From Eledone cirrhosa (taxonomy: Eukaryota), in contig OZ024741.1 in assembly GCA_964016885.1 (NCBI GenBank), forward strand, positions 175,832,001-175,896,000: DNA of 64,000 bases, given 5' to 3'. The position numbers and the translations under genes were made by a program. The notes beneath the pieces are model-generated. The model had not been told where the DNA came from, searched no databases, and was given only the letters and a program-made list of their open reading frames with translations. Positions 1 through 14,793 of this stretch are shown piece after piece. Position 1 is the stretch's first letter. Each line of letters opens with the position of its first letter.

Positions 1-744
1 GAAATGCATGTTTAAATAGACCTCGCCTTGATTACATCAGATACGAAGGAATTGATGAGTAACTGAAAGAAATATATGTATTAATCTTCTTTCCTACTAC
101 AAAGATTTGTTTCCTTTTTTAAATCAATATTCTTTTAATTGTCAGATAATTTCACTGGATAATCAAATAACTGGCAATTTTCTTGAAGATTATGTAAGTA
201 AATCGTCTCTTATACAAAATATGGTCTTTATTTTATTGACTTCAACGAGATATATTTAGTGCTTTTATTCGTGAAGAAATATTATGTATATAACTATTTC
301 TTCAAAAGAATTAATTTCACATTTCATGCTAGATAGTTTCAGACGGAGCATAGAAATTCCAAAAATACCCTATGATTAATTCCGAGAGAGAGATTGTGGA
401 AAAATTGAAAATGTCGGCCATATATAGTACAACACTAGGCTAAAATGTTTTCCATGATTTAGTTTAGATTTTCAATTTCTAAGTACAAACTCTATCACGG
501 TTCACTTTGTATTTTATCTCTTTAGACACAACTTGAGAATACTTTTCTGTTGTGTAAGAAGCTTACAACCTTGATATTGTCGGTGCCATGATATAATCAA
601 TCCGAATCCGATACACACTATAAAGAGATTGGTGATAAGAAGGAAATCCAGCTGTGGCAACAGTCATGAAACTAGAAGGTATGTAAGCGAGACACGGCTT
701 CCAGCCCATCTCAGAGAATAGATAGAATTGGTAGAACGCAAGGT

Positions 745-1175
745 AAAATTATACTTACATCCTACCAATTGTGTTATATGGTCTTGACTGTGTTAATTGG
801 ACGACAAGGTCACTCCAGAAGCTCTCTACATTCCAGAACCACATCATGTGTCTTATGACTGGCAAGCGGCTCAGCGACCGTATCTGTACCAGTGAGCTGC
901 TCAACATTACCAAACGTAGACCAATTACATAAATTATCAAGTCTAGAGTACTCAAACTATACAGCCATATAAAAAGATCAACTCGTGGTGTGAGTAGGTT
1001 ATGCCTGGAAGGAAGGTTGGCTAGTAAGAGAAGCAGAGGCCGGCAGCCAAAACGATGGCTTGACAATGTCAACTTATGGTCTGGGCTTGATCTTTGCTCT
1101 TTGAACTCTGCTGATGATGATGGAACTTTCTGGAGAGAGATATCACATGTTAATGTGCACTCTGCAACTGGCTGA
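745..1175 (+). mobile_element. RTE-like non-LTR retrotransposon, decayed 3' fragment
   Basis: Translates (with stops/shifts) to YILPIVLYGLDC..W and LEGRL..KRSRGRQPKRWLDNV, typical of the RTE ORF C-terminus. Confidence 0.75.
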
Positions 1176-3834
1176 GTGTAGCGTTACAAAAGAAGGTAAA
1201 ATATCACATCAGTATTTGTCCTTTTTTTCATATTATGATTTCAAATCCCACCGAGGTCAACTTTGTCTTTTATCGAATAATAAATAATAAATCAGACAAT
1301 AACTGGGTTTGATTTAATAAACATCACCTTTCTCTCAAAATTACAACGGCTATATGTTTATGCTGCAATCTTAGAAATAAACAAAAACCTACTTTCCGTT
1401 AGAATCGCTTAATTAACAGTGTTACTAAGCAGACGGTATTAGTTGAGCATTTATCTCATCCCCTAAGGTCAAAGCCTACATTTCCATATTTTTTCTATGT
1501 CAGGATCTAAAAGAAAAGTGCAACTAGAGTGAACCCCGCGAGCCTGAATGGCTATTTAATCACATCTTCTTCGTTGTCCTCCGAGCTACGCCTTTCTCCA
1601 TTCTTCTCGCAGGGACCACGAGGCGGCTTGTGTCGGGGGTTCCGCATACCAGAGAACATTCTCCAACATATTATGGACATGTTTAACTGCTGTTGCGATG
1701 GTATGTTGCTGATATCTACACACCTCTCGGCACATACCCAAATACTACACCACAAAAATGGTTAAAGGGACAAAAACGACATATAAACGGAATTATAAAA
1801 CATATTTGTAACGGACTGGTGTAATTAACTTAGCCTAACGAATTAATTGTAGTCGCAATCACATGTCATGTTGTTTAACTACAACGATCGAAACGAATCA
1901 ACGACCGAATCTCTACGGTATTGCTTGACCTGCTAGCAATATTAAGCAAACCACATTCACATCAAGTCACACCGTCTTTAAAAAGAGAAGGACATATCGG
2001 ATAAAATAGTAGTAAGTTACACAGCATCAGAAACTAATGATAAAAACCCGAGATGATCATGGCTGTAATGGCCTTGAACAATGTTTAGCAGTTTGAAAAG
2101 GACAGGCCTAGGATTAAATAAGAAAAACAATGATGTAGGAAAATAAGTGATAATACTTTGTATTATCAAACGTAGTTAATGTTTTGCTAGATATTAGACA
2201 CCTTAGTGTTTATTTCTTTCTTCGTTGATAAGTAAAGTACCATCGAAAGTTGGTGGGGAAGGGATTTGTGGAATTGGTAGACAGTCGGACGAAATACTTT
2301 GTGGGATATGTTGCGATTTTTTGCGTTCCAGGTTCGTAATCCCCTCGCTGTATAACCCGTACGTGGCGATATAGGCCTACAACAACACAATTGACGACGC
2401 GTTGTTCTACAGAAAATGGAAAAAGGCTGCGAAACAAGAAATCTTAGCCAAAGTTAAATCTATATCATGATTTGATTTCAGGGCTTAACCGTCATTTTAC
2501 ATGCAGAGGAGGCTTTTAAAAACAAAACATGTTATATTGTTATCAATATTGTAAGCAGCAAGTTGGCGTCATATAGTTGTAAATCTCGCTGAGGTCAACT
2601 TTGCCTTTCATATTTTCCATGTTGAAAAAATAATTTACCAGTTAATGGCGGCGGATTGGCGCGCAGAATTGTTAGAGCGCTAGATATGATGGTTAACAGT
2701 AGCAGTATCTATTCTAGAACATTGCGTCATGAGTTCAAATTCCACCTAAGTATTCAAACCCTATCGATAACTATGGCTTATCACTTCACCACGAGTCAAC
2801 AACTGTTTATCGGTAGAAGAGGATTTTGACCGTATGCTACTGCCGTCAAACGATGAAGGTGGTTCTGAACATGCACTGGTTACAACTTAACCAGCATAAC
2901 TAAGTACCGTAATGAAGTAGAATTAGAATAAATAAATATACGGACGCATATACTTAGGTATTAATCTCGCTGTGAGATTAGACCACATAAGCATATTTTC
3001 GACAACTTCGGACGGATCCTGAGATGATGGGCTTCATGGTGACATTAATATATGTTTCATTTGAGAAGTGGACGTAAGCATATCATAACAAACTGTTATG
3101 TAACAATGAAAACTCCCACTCAGTTTAAGAGCAAACGTCAACGAGAATTTAACTACTTACGCATATTTATCTATAAACCAAGCTGTGTTATAATCTAGGA
3201 ATTATGGAAAACAGAGTTATGTGCATTTTTACAGTGGCATAACTGAATGTAAGTAGTCATAAAGGCTCGAACATTATTAACATTCCGAAAAATGAAAGGC
3301 GAAACTGACGTATGAAACGATTCGAAATTAGATCGATAAACAGCTCTAATATAGCTAAATGTTTTATTCAATGCTCAGACAATCAAGCGTGCCATCTTAG
3401 ATAATGCCATATGGTATTAAATATGAATACTTACCTTTTGAGGGAGCCACTACGCAGTCGCTCATCTCGGAAATAACAGATAAGTCTCACTAAAACAATA
3501 CAGTATAGACTTCAGGAAAGACGCGCGTATTAGATAATGCAGAAATGTTATACAGTATTATATAAATTATAAAGAAAGGGTCGCTGTTCAAATTTTGATC
3601 ATAAGCTGCGCTCGATAGAGTCGGTCAACGATATCAACAACTAAAGATCCAGACAGATAACAAATGACGAACAAATGTTATTATTATTAACAGTGGAAGA
3701 AATGCAGACATTTCCATTTCTGACCAATGGTCTATGACGCCATACATACAGAAAAAAAGACGAACATATTTGCAGCAATAGCATTAATTTATTCCGATTC
3801 CCAAGCGTCGTAACACTTACCACTCTATAATTTC

Positions 3835-3881
<47 letters not shown>

Positions 3882-3965
3882 CTTCTTCTTCTTCTTCTTC
3901 TTCTTCTTCTTCTTCTTCTTCTTCTTCTTCTTCTTCTTCTTCTTCTTCTTCTTCTTCTTCTTCTT

Positions 3966-3996
<31 letters not shown>

Positions 3997-4016
3997 TTAT
4001 TATTATTATTATCATT
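3835..4016. repeat. Compound triplet microsatellite (TTG)n(TTC)n(TTA)n
   Basis: Directly visible. Confidence 0.97.
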
Positions 4017-4181
4017 ATAATATATATGTATATATATATATATATGTGTGTGTGTGCACAAACATATTGCAGTTTTGAATATGTGCACACACACACATAT
4101 GTATGTTTTTGTATATAATATATGAGCATATATATATATACACATACATTCATATATAGGCATGTATATTATATGGACATG

Positions 4182-4249
<68 letters not shown>

Positions 4250-4708
4250 GCGCATGTATTATGCACACTCATAAAACAGGTTATTACATATATTTACACA
4301 TGTACACTCACATATATACACACAAACCCTCATGCATATATATGAATACATATCTACATATGCAAATGTAGACACACACACACACATACACACACACACA
4401 TACGAATATCTATATATGTATATATGTATATATACATAAAATAAACATTATAAATGTATACATCCTATCCTATTTCATTTGCTGTCTAGCAATGTTATTG
4501 GTTATTTTCGTTATCATTCACTTTTTGTCATATATTTCAGCGCGATGCACATCCACACACATACGCTCATACTATATATATATGAATGCTTATATATATA
4601 TATACATACATGCATACTCACACACACTCACACACACACGCACATATATGTATGTGTGTGTATATTACAGATTTAAATGCACACATACAGACACTAAATA
4701 TGTGGGTT

Positions 4709-4739
<31 letters not shown>

Positions 4740-4863
4740 TGCCCCCTCGTTATCGAGAATGGCCATTGCACGAGAAAAAAAAAATCATAATAATAACAAT
4801 AATAATAATAAGTGTTTCTACTTTAGGCACAAGGCCAGCAATTACCCAGTGCTTTACAAAATC

Positions 4864-4918
<55 letters not shown>

Positions 4919-5034
4919 CAATAATAATAACCACAAAAAAAATATACATATATATATACACACACACGCACACACATAAATATATCTATACACACACACA
5001 CACGATAGCAATTAACAGCGCTGCAATCGAATGT

Positions 5035-7790
5035 GGCTTTTTAGCCCAGCCAATGATCTAAAATGTCTTGCACAGAGTCAGCAACCAAAACATTCACTGG
5101 GAATAGCTGGCAGTCTGAAACCAGATGGTCAATGGTTTCAACATGACCATCACAGAATCGACACTTTCGATCAATTTCATTTCTGATCACATTGGCTTGA
5201 AAGTTACGCTTTGGAAAACACTGGTATTGTGCAACCAAATGAAACTCTCACTCTCTGCCTTTAGCCCAGAACTCTGCAGCCACTGATGGGTGAGAATTTG
5301 ATATACAAAGTTCTTTGCTACGGAGGGTATACTGCCCATGCAGTGGCTTTTGTTCCCATCTATTGCAGTCTCTGTTGATCTTCATATTTTTAACACTGAT
5401 ATTCGTTGCGGCTTTAATTACAAATTTGCCATCACTTTCAAACTATATTCTCAGTTCTTCCGTAAACTTTCTACTTTCCTTTGTGACTAATGTGTGTGAC
5501 CATTTTTATCATCCAGTCATCTGTTATTTTAAGGTACTGATTGAGGCCAATGGTCGATAACCTGTATGAACGCTTTAGCTGGATAATTCCTTTACCTCAA
5601 TTCTTTTCTAGGGAATTAAAGGCAATCCACATCTGCTTTTGGGTGATGTATTTTATTACAGGTCAAACGTTCCCTGATTATGGTGTCCATGTTCTTAATT
5701 TCGTTAACGGTCAAGGTGACAATTGGAATTGCAAGCGTATTTATGGCAGATAATTTATTTCTCGAGCTAAGCTCTGTTTTCATGACAGCACGTACTCTCC
5801 TGTGACATTTCTTACTAATGTTCACTTTCATGCTGGTGTGATGAATACCTTGTCCTTCATTGACCCCTATTATTTGTAGGCTTGTTCCTGTTCTCGTTCC
5901 CTAATTACATTTACATTAATAATTCACATCTATTTCCATTGAGTTTGAGCTTGTCATTCCGTCTTACCTAAATGTTGCTTTGTCGCATTGTTCCAATCCA
6001 AATTCCATCCCTACATCATCACTGAAACCTTAACTGTCTTCAGTAGTCCTTCCAATTCGCTGTCGTCTTTGGCATCCAGCTCCAGGTCATCCAGATGATT
6101 ATTGGTTTGTCTATTTTGTAGCCATATTTTGTATTGTTGAGCGCTAAAGACAGCGGCGTGAGTGCAATGCAAAATATAAAAGGAGAAAACGATTCACCTT
6201 GAAAAATAGAAAAGTTAATACTTATAATGCTAGAATTTATAGTTCAATCACTGTGTGACAATAATATGTTTGTATTCTATATAGACATATTATATTTCAG
6301 GAAGTTTGCTATTATTAGGGAAGCTTTAAAAACATCCAACGTTTTCAAAATCAATTGTGGGATCACTGTCAAATTCGTTCGTATAGTCAATACAAGCAGT
6401 ACTCAAATTTCTATATTTTTTATGACAGTTTTCCAGAACCATACGGTTAATGAGAAGTTAGTCCAGGGGCGTGCAACAGTGGCCCGCGGGCCACAATCCG
6501 GCTCACCAGACCTGTCAGAGTGACCCGCGATGACTGTTTTTAATTTTTACCTTGTAGGTTTATTTAGAATTTTTTTCGTAATCGTAATACAATTTTCTGT
6601 TAGTTGACCTATACTAAAGGGCTTCACTGATAGGGTTATGTGGGTTATAATTTTCCAGTTCCATGTTATGGAAAGAAGTTGTGGCGAATCTTTGGAATAG
6701 TGCTTAATAAATATTAATGGCTCTACTAGTTGTTCCAATGATCAAAAGTGGCCCGCCAATGGAATATGTTGCACACCCCTGAGTTAGTTTTTGCACACGT
6801 TCGATCAACATTGACAACCTTTCTGCTCAATAAGGAAAATATGAATTCCATCCATAAATTTGTACGTTATCTCAGTCAAGAGTTATGTGAGAATGTTGTA
6901 TGATGTGGGATGGTAAGTGATAGGGTGATCATCTTTTGGAATATTTGTTTTTGTCGTTTTGGCAATTGGCATGTTATACCTTGTGCAAACCAATCAGGGG
7001 TTCTTCGGGATTACGCATTATTTCGTTATACCATTTTACCAACATGGATAGCAATTAGAGAAGATAACCAGAAGTATGGCACTTTATCAACACCAGGGGA
7101 TTTCCATTTGTTGGCTTTCTTTAGTGCTAACTCCAGGTCTTCCATAGTCATGTCTTGTCAAATTTGATTTCTAGATTATCGTATGCTTCTCCCATGTTCG
7201 TCATCCATTCTGCATTAATTTATTATGGGATTTTTCTGTACTCATACTGTTTTCCAGAAATCCTCAATATCATGAATTGAAGGAAGTGCCTATACTTGAA
7301 TTGTCTGTATCCCAATGTCCCTAAAAACCTTTTTGAATCATACATAAACAGCTTATTTTGCCTGTAAAACCTATTTCGCTTTTCAAATCTGATTCTTTGA
7401 GCTTTCGACTGTACTTTCTCTTTCAGGTTGTTTTGATTGCTAGAATATCTGGTTTTGAAGTTACATTGCATTTCTTAATCACTTTCCTTCCTTTCCTTCA
7501 TTTGACAGATTCTCCAGCACAGATTTCATCCAGGGTCGATATTTCCCCCATCAGCATATCAATTTCTTTCTCAATGTTTATCTTCCAGAGTTATTTTTTG
7601 TGAATGTTGTGTCCGTATCGCTTTTTCCTTAACCCACATTTCCTTTTATATTACCGTTGTTGTTGCATAAATAACCTCATTCGGTTCTCATATATCAGGC
7701 GCCATCTCCTCAATTATTGTTTTAAAAGCCTGATTTCCAGTTCTTATGTCTTTTGTTCTGGTTGTTATTTGTCATTTTTTTCAAGAGCAT
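5035..7790 (-). mobile_element. Decayed R4/Dong-like (RLE) non-LTR retrotransposon, fragmented, interrupted by a MITE
   Basis: Minus-strand peptides CRFCDGHVETIDHLVSDC (CCHC knuckle), LHGQY, ELSSRNKLSAINTLAIP, HHPKADVDCL, RFYRQNKLF. Confidence 0.75.
6464..6781. mobile_element. hAT-type MITE (318 bp)
   Basis: 14-bp TIRs CAGGGGCGTGCAAC / GTTGCACACCCCTG (1 mismatch); 8-bp TSD AGTTAGTC / AGTTAGTT; subterminal GGCCCGC motifs. Confidence 0.88.
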
Positions 7791-7799
7791 CCGACATCA

Positions 7800-7985
7800 T
7801 GCTTTGCAGCATAGAGTTATGCCCATTTAAGTTCCGAGTTCAAATCCCGCCGAAGTTAGTTTGCCTTTCATTCTTACGAGGTCGATAAAATAAAGTACCT
7901 GTCATGCACTGGGGTAGATTTAATCGACTTTCCGCTCCCTCCTTCCAACTTGCTGGCCTTGTGCTATAGTAGAAACCATCATTAT
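7800..7985 (+). mobile_element. tRNA-derived SINE family 1
   Basis: B-box GAGTTCAAATCCC followed by GCCTTTCAT..GGTCGATAAAATAAAGTACC (resembles Nin/Deu domain). Confidence 0.85.
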
Positions 7986-8674
7986 GATTATAACTTGCCG
8001 AATTAATGCATATGTCTAACTTAAGTCATTCCTTTTTGTTACTTGTTTATGCTGCATTTATTTATTTATTCATATATTGGCAAATTATTAAGCAGACATA
8101 TTTATTACTATTATCTATTGTGGCCGTATCATTTCTATTGTTATAGCAATTGTTGTTGTTGATCTAGCAGTTTTAATTGTTGTTCATGTTGTTCATGTTG
8201 CTGTTGTTGGTGATGTTGTTGTTTGTATTGGTGTTAATGTTGGTGGTTTTAGAATTTATATGGATGTTGTTGTTGGTGGTGATATTGTTGGTAGTGTTGG
8301 TTGTAGCATTGGTGGCCGTTGTAGTTTTTTAGTGGCGCTAGTATTGATATCGATGATGGTATTGCACTCGTTATAACTGTTTTGTGTTGTTTGTGTGAAA
8401 CTGTTTTTGTTGCAATTGGTGTTTTACAACCACACGCTAGATCTGATCAAGAAATCCGTCTTCTGCGCAATTATAATAAATTTGGAGCTAAAACAAAACT
8501 GATTGATTTAGTAGCAAATAAGTGATAAACAAAGGTTCTTATTGCTACAAGAACAACATGTCCATAGTCCATACTTCCTCAAATCTTGTTTCCGTGTAAT
8601 CGAGCACATCATTTTACAATTCAACATGCTGTGTTGAATCGTATCGGATATTATCTAACATGTGACATCGAACA

Positions 8675-8880
8675 TATTGTAGAATTTCAAGTGTGCAGTA
8701 TACTTCTTACTGTAGAATCTCCAGTGTGCAGAATATTTTTTTACTGTAGAATTTCAAAAGTGCAGTATACTTCTTACTGTAGAATCTCTAGTGTGCAGAA
8801 TATTTTTTTACTGTAGAATCTCCAGTGTGCCATATATTTCTTACTGTAAAATCTCCAGTGTGCAGTATATTTCTATATCT
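8675..8880. repeat. Minisatellite, ~36-37-bp unit CTGTAGAATCTCCAGTGTGCAGAATATTTTTTTA, ~5-6 copies
   Basis: Directly visible tandem units. Confidence 0.9.
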
Positions 8881-9502
8881 ATAAATTTGTAGGTTCAGGC
8901 TACTAAGCGGAGGAGGACTCGATTGATGCAAGATGGCTAAATATTCTCTTCGCTCATTGTTAACTGTGTGCATCTCAACACAATATTTCGGTTCAGGCTA
9001 GTAAGCAGTAAGGCTAGTGATGTTGCATCTCTCTCTCTCCTCCCTCTCTCTTGCTCCCTCTCTCTCTCTCTCTCTTCTTTGTGTTACTTTTTCTTATCTG
9101 AGATAAGGTGGGGGTGGAAGAAATAGTGTTTTAAGTTATAGTTGGAGTAGTGTTTTGATGTTTTGATACATTTTGTTGGCTATTTGGTTTGTACTTATCT
9201 CCATTGCCTTGAAGATAGAAACAATTTCTTTGTTTCGTTCGAGCTTCATAGCTACTTGTATTAGTTTTCAATTCTTCTTTATCAGATATTTTTGAAGTCT
9301 TACAGTGGATAATTTGAACTAGTTTTCTAGTCTTTCATGTTTTCATTGTAGATATAATTTTACTGTCATATTTTGGTAAGTGTATGCTAAATGCACCGAT
9401 TTTTCTTCTCAGAGTCGTTTCACTAAATAATTTCTCTTCGGTTGAGCATATTATAATTAAAAGTTATTCCTACAGTAGCTATAGATTTAATTGTCATTTT
9501 AT

Positions 9503-9722
9503 TGGCAGAATCGGTAGAGCGTCGGACAACAAGCTGTGCAACCTAGAGTTACGGCCCTGTACGTTCTGAGTTCAAATCTCGCCGAGGGTTTCTTTGCCTT
9601 TCATCCTTACGGGGTCGATAAAATAAAGCACCAGTAACATACTGGGGTCGATTTTATCGACTTACCCCTCGCCCAAAATTACTGGTGCTTTATTTTATCG
9701 ACCTAAGGTAGAAACCATTATT
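9503..9722 (+). mobile_element. tRNA-derived SINE family 1 with internal 25-bp inverted duplication
   Basis: A-box TGGCAGAATCGG, B-box GAGTTCAAATC, family-1 core. Confidence 0.9.
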
Positions 9723-9909
9723 TTGTTTCTTTTGGCTCCTTTAAAAATAATAATGTAACGCTTGTATAATATTCATTCTTTATATTTTTCTACCTGCGTA
9801 TTGTGCATTGTCTATTTCATTGATTTCTAAGTAATTGTAAATGAGTGTCTGGTGAAATTCTCTTATCGCAGTCTCTTGTTTTCTAACATCATATCATTAT
9901 TTCAACTTT

Positions 9910-10195
9910 GCGGTGGATTGGCAGTATCGGTAGAGGGTTGGACGCCATGCTTTCCAGCATAGTTACGTCCCTTTACGATATGAGTTCAAATCCCGCCGAG
10001 GTTGACTTTGCCTTTCATCTTTACGGGGTCGATAAAATAAAGTACCAGTAGTGCACTGGGTAATTGCTGACCTTGTGCCTAAAGTAGAAACAATTATTTC
10101 AACTTTGCCTTTCATCCTTACGGGGTCGATAAAATAAAGTACCAGTAATACACTCGATAATTGCTGGCCTTGTGCCTAAAGTAGAAACAATTATT
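9910..10195 (+). mobile_element. SINE family 1 with tandem duplication of its 3' half
   Basis: A/B boxes, then two copies of ACTTTGCCTTTCATC..GTAGAAACAATTATTT. Confidence 0.9.
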
Positions 10196-10274
10196 TTTCA
10201 TGTTTCTAGTTTCTAGGTTGCTTTGGTGCATTTAAAAAATTAAAACTCACCTCAGTTCCTCTTAGTTCCGAAAG

Positions 10275-10352
10275 TTGTTGTTGTTGTTGTTGTCGTCGTC
10301 GTCGTCGTTGTTATTGGTGTTGTTGTTGTTGTTGTTGTTGTTGCTGTTGTTT

Positions 10353-10384
<32 letters not shown>

Positions 10385-10453
10385 CTTCTTCTTCTTCTTC
10401 TTCTTCTTCTTCTTCTTCTTCTTCTTCTTCTTCTTCTTCTTCTTTCTTTCTTT
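10275..10453. repeat. Compound microsatellite (TTG)n(TCG)n(TTG)n(TTC)n
   Basis: Directly visible. Confidence 0.95.
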
Positions 10454-10937
10454 CATATTATATTGTGTACCACTCATACAGTGGGGTCAATTAAATTGAT
10501 ATAAGACATCACATATAATCGTGTCGTGTTCTGACTGAGAAATTATTGATTGATTATAAATTTTCACATTAATTAAGTCAACAGTGATATTTTGATATCT
10601 AATGCCGACAAGTTTACTGTAGAATGATTATGAGAAGAACTGAATTGTAGTTAACACAGTTAGCCTCTCTGTCACTTCTTAACGCGCACGAGGTGCAAAG
10701 TTCAGTAGTTAGATTTAATGAAACGACAGTTAATCTTAGATTGGCGTCAGTACTTGCTTTAGCACTGCATTGAATCCTATCTTACATGCTTACAATTAAA
10801 TTATCTTCAGACCGGTGTCTGTGACCATGCTTATGTGACCAGTTGCAGTGACGCAATAAACGTTGCCAGCCAACAAACCTATTGCTTAGTGTGTTACTAT
10901 ATCAGCAACTCACAATTTAATAATTTACAAAGCTAGG

Positions 10938-11105
10938 GTGGTAGATTAGCAGAATTGGTAGAGTGTCACATAAAATACAATTGCAGTATTTGTTATGGCT
11001 TTTTGACATTTTGCTTTGCTTTACAACCTCACCGTAGTCAACTTTGCCTTTCCTTCTTCCGAAGTCGATAAAAAAGTACTAGTCAAGAACTGGGGCCAAT
11101 TTAAT
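10938..11105 (+). mobile_element. SINE family 1, decayed
   Basis: GTCAACTTTGCCTTTCC..GTCGATAAAAAAGTAC. Confidence 0.75.
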
Positions 11106-11189
11106 CACCTTCTACAAGGTTACTACAATGGAATAGCTGCAAAGCAATGCAGTCAATATGTTTGTGTATACATGTTGTAGATCCTAACG

Positions 11190-11580
11190 TAGCCTCATCC
11201 CATCCTCAAATCTGAGGTCGGGTGTCATGGACTAATGGACCAGCTCTCTCCATCTTTTCCTGTCTCTTGCCATTGCAGTACATTCCACCAAAGTCTTTCC
11301 TGTCATTTATCCATGTCCTTTCGTGCCGTCCCTTGGCCAATTTCCCTTATATTCGTCCCTCAAAGATGTGGGTAATCAGATTTTGGGCCCTGGTGACATG
11401 ACTAAAATACTGAAGTTTCCTCTTCCTTACTGTTTCAACTAATTGTCGATTGACACCAATCTCTTCAAGGACAGATTCATTTGTTCTGTGAGCTGTCCAG
11501 CTAATTCTGAGTGCACGCCTATAGCATGGCTTTTCAAATGCACTCAGTCATTTCAAGTCAGATGCTTTTAAAGTCCATGA
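11190..11580 (-). mobile_element. RTE-like LINE 3' fragment
   Basis: Minus-strand RKRKLQYFSHV.R, FEGRI, MARDRKRWRELV-like peptides. Confidence 0.7.
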
Positions 11581-13440
11581 TTCACATCAATATAGAGCTA
11601 CCGAACAGCTGGATAAATACCTTAGCAAAATGTTCCCGGCTTATTTGTACAGCTTGTATGTGGACGCAGCTATCATCGCTGGTGGGTAACAGATTCGCCT
11701 TGCTTTCATGACCTGCCGTTACCAATACAACTGCATGTAATTTCTCCACAATAAACTCGGATCGCCTCAAGCACTGTCATGTCATTGAAATTAAGTAGAC
11801 GGAATATGTCTGGAAGTCTGCCGAATGGATTAAAACTACAATTCAATCTTCCTGTCGTCATCTGATGTATCACGCCGGTTCCTTACGTTATGGTACACTT
11901 GTCTATGGAATACTCAACGAATTTTATATGAATTGCACGTGTCGGACGATCGAAACCGACGTAGGGTCCAGATTTGAGGGTAGAAGCTACTGACTAATGT
12001 GTAAGTCTACTGTGACGAATTGTCGGTGTATATGAAATTTAATTAGAAAAAAATGGTTTACAGAGACTGATAACATAAAATAAATAGGATAATATCAATA
12101 ATTGGGCAGATATCCAATATAGGGAATGTATAAGGACAGCAAATTGTGATCCATGATATTTAACCTGATGAGAGCAGACGATACTTTATTATGATAAAAG
12201 AAAAATGTATTTGATATATAAGTGTATCTTGTTACTTGTTAAATGAAATTAAATAAATGATAAAATACGACGGCAAATAGTCTGTTTATCAGTGATGTAT
12301 TATATTTTGTAATGATAAATTATAGCTTACAAAGTTGCTAGTTAACTTCCTCAAAGATTTTATTGATTGAAGTTATTTCTTAAAAGAAGTTATAAATCTG
12401 ATTAACTTTCTTTACTAACATTTTCCATATGTTGTTTTTGTTTTTGTTCAGCCATTTTAATGGTAGAAATACACACAGACTCCAATCAATGTACACAAGA
12501 CTTTTCCAGGGAACATTTGAAAAACAGCAAAATATTTTATGAGAACCATAAAACTATCTAAGTTAGAGTAAAATTATCTCCAATGTTTTATTTATTTATA
12601 CATTTCTAGACTAACCCCTTTTAATCCACTTCTATTTTTAGTTATTAATGTAGAGAATATGCCTGTAGCATCTGAGCATTAGTTACATCGAATTATTTTC
12701 CACAAGACTTACTTCGTTTGCTAAATTTTTATTTTTACTTCTCCCAATTACGGTATATCTTTCTTTTCTCTGTCTAAATATTTACAAAGGAAGAGTTTGA
12801 AGGAGAAGAATAAGAGATTTTGTGTAGTCTTGGAATGAAGAAGTTTATTTAAAAATACGAAAAGATTCAAAACAAAACAAAAAGGCGAAACGTTTTTGAA
12901 GACTAAAGTAATGAATGTAAGAAAAGGATTAACCCATAAGAAACAGAAATTAAGTTAATGTCATGATAGATATTTTATTTTTGTTTTATCCCTATATAAA
13001 ATTTTATGTTTGCATGATAAATGACTATGGTAACCTGAAAGTATTTGTTGGATCATTGCCACAACATTTCCTAATATTTAAAGTCATAGGATTTTTTTTT
13101 ATTACTATTGATTAGATTCTGTGAGGGTAATTATAAGTAACCACATAATATATACCATCATTACATAGTTACGTAACTTACAACTATCTTTATATTTGTA
13201 TTTATAATGTTTTGTATAGCAGCCACCACTCTGTTGGTTACTCCATTATATTATACGACTTTTACGAGATTAATAAACCAAATAAATTTATAGATTGATT
13301 TCCATGAACATTTCGTATACGATACAATATTCAACCCACTCACACACTCACGCACACACTGATATATGTGTGTGTATGTGTGTCTGTGTCTGTGTATTGT
13401 TGTTACATATATATACATATGTATATATATAAGTATAACA

Positions 13441-13500
<60 letters not shown>

Positions 13501-13517
13501 ACACACACACACACACA

Positions 13518-13612
<95 letters not shown>

Positions 13613-13630
13613 GTATATATATATATATAT

Positions 13631-14077
<447 letters not shown>

Positions 14078-14120
14078 TATATGCAATATATATGCAATAT
14101 ATATATATATATATATATAT

Positions 14121-14310
14121 ATTGTTATATTTGGGGAGGGTCATATTTGCGTAATATTGCCAGAATTAATAACAGAACACACTCACTGTTTGGTTGGTTT
14201 TCGCTTCTCGCTGTCTTTTATATATATATATCTGCGATCTAACTTACTCGGTCCTCAATGTTGCCATTGACTGACCGGCGGTCAAAAATAATACAGATAC
14301 AATATAGACA
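14121..14310 (-). mobile_element. Microsatellite-associated repeat family C end (probable PLE terminus)
   Basis: Terminal ATGACCCTCCCCAA.TATAACAAT shared with 18245-18294, 42858-42972, 43371-43484. Confidence 0.65.
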
Positions 14311-14718
14311 AACACATATATATATAGTTTACATAATTTACATAAATCTTTCGTTGCACATCTGCAACATCGTCAGTGGTGTTATATTCATTGTTCCTCC
14401 TGTTGTGTTGTATGTCTACGCCATTTTTTTTTTTTTTTTTTTTGTATGTTTATTTATTTATTTGCTTGTTTGTTTATCTTATTTTATTTTGTCTTCTTTG
14501 CGCATGCGTTTGCGTGTGTGTATAGTGTTATGTGTGATGTGTGACTAGTGTGTATAGTGTTGTGTCTGCTGGGTGACTAGTGTGTGTTTATGTGCTTGTG
14601 TATGTATTTATTTATCTTATTTTATTTAATTTAATTTACTTATTTATTTATACTTCTCTTAGGTCAGTGTTGTTTGTTTGGGTGTTGTTGTTGTTGTTTC
14701 ATATAAAAAACCTCGCAA

Positions 14719-14788
<70 letters not shown>

Positions 14789-14793
14789 GTGTG

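Noticed and set aside
1613-1700. Possible host exon (pyrimidine-rich acceptor ..CGCAG, donor GTATGT)
   Set aside because: No recognisable protein or linked exon; needs RNA-seq
12165-12171. Isolated CTGATGA (also at 1112-1118)
   Set aside because: No stem II, GAAA or stem III context
12453-12561. Possible terminal exon ILMVEIHTDSNQC..KTI*
   Set aside because: Only an acceptor-like site supports it; no homology recognised
14240-14290. GCAA-capped hairpin in family C as hammerhead stem II
   Set aside because: Flanks (TTGACCGC, AGTA) do not match the catalytic core
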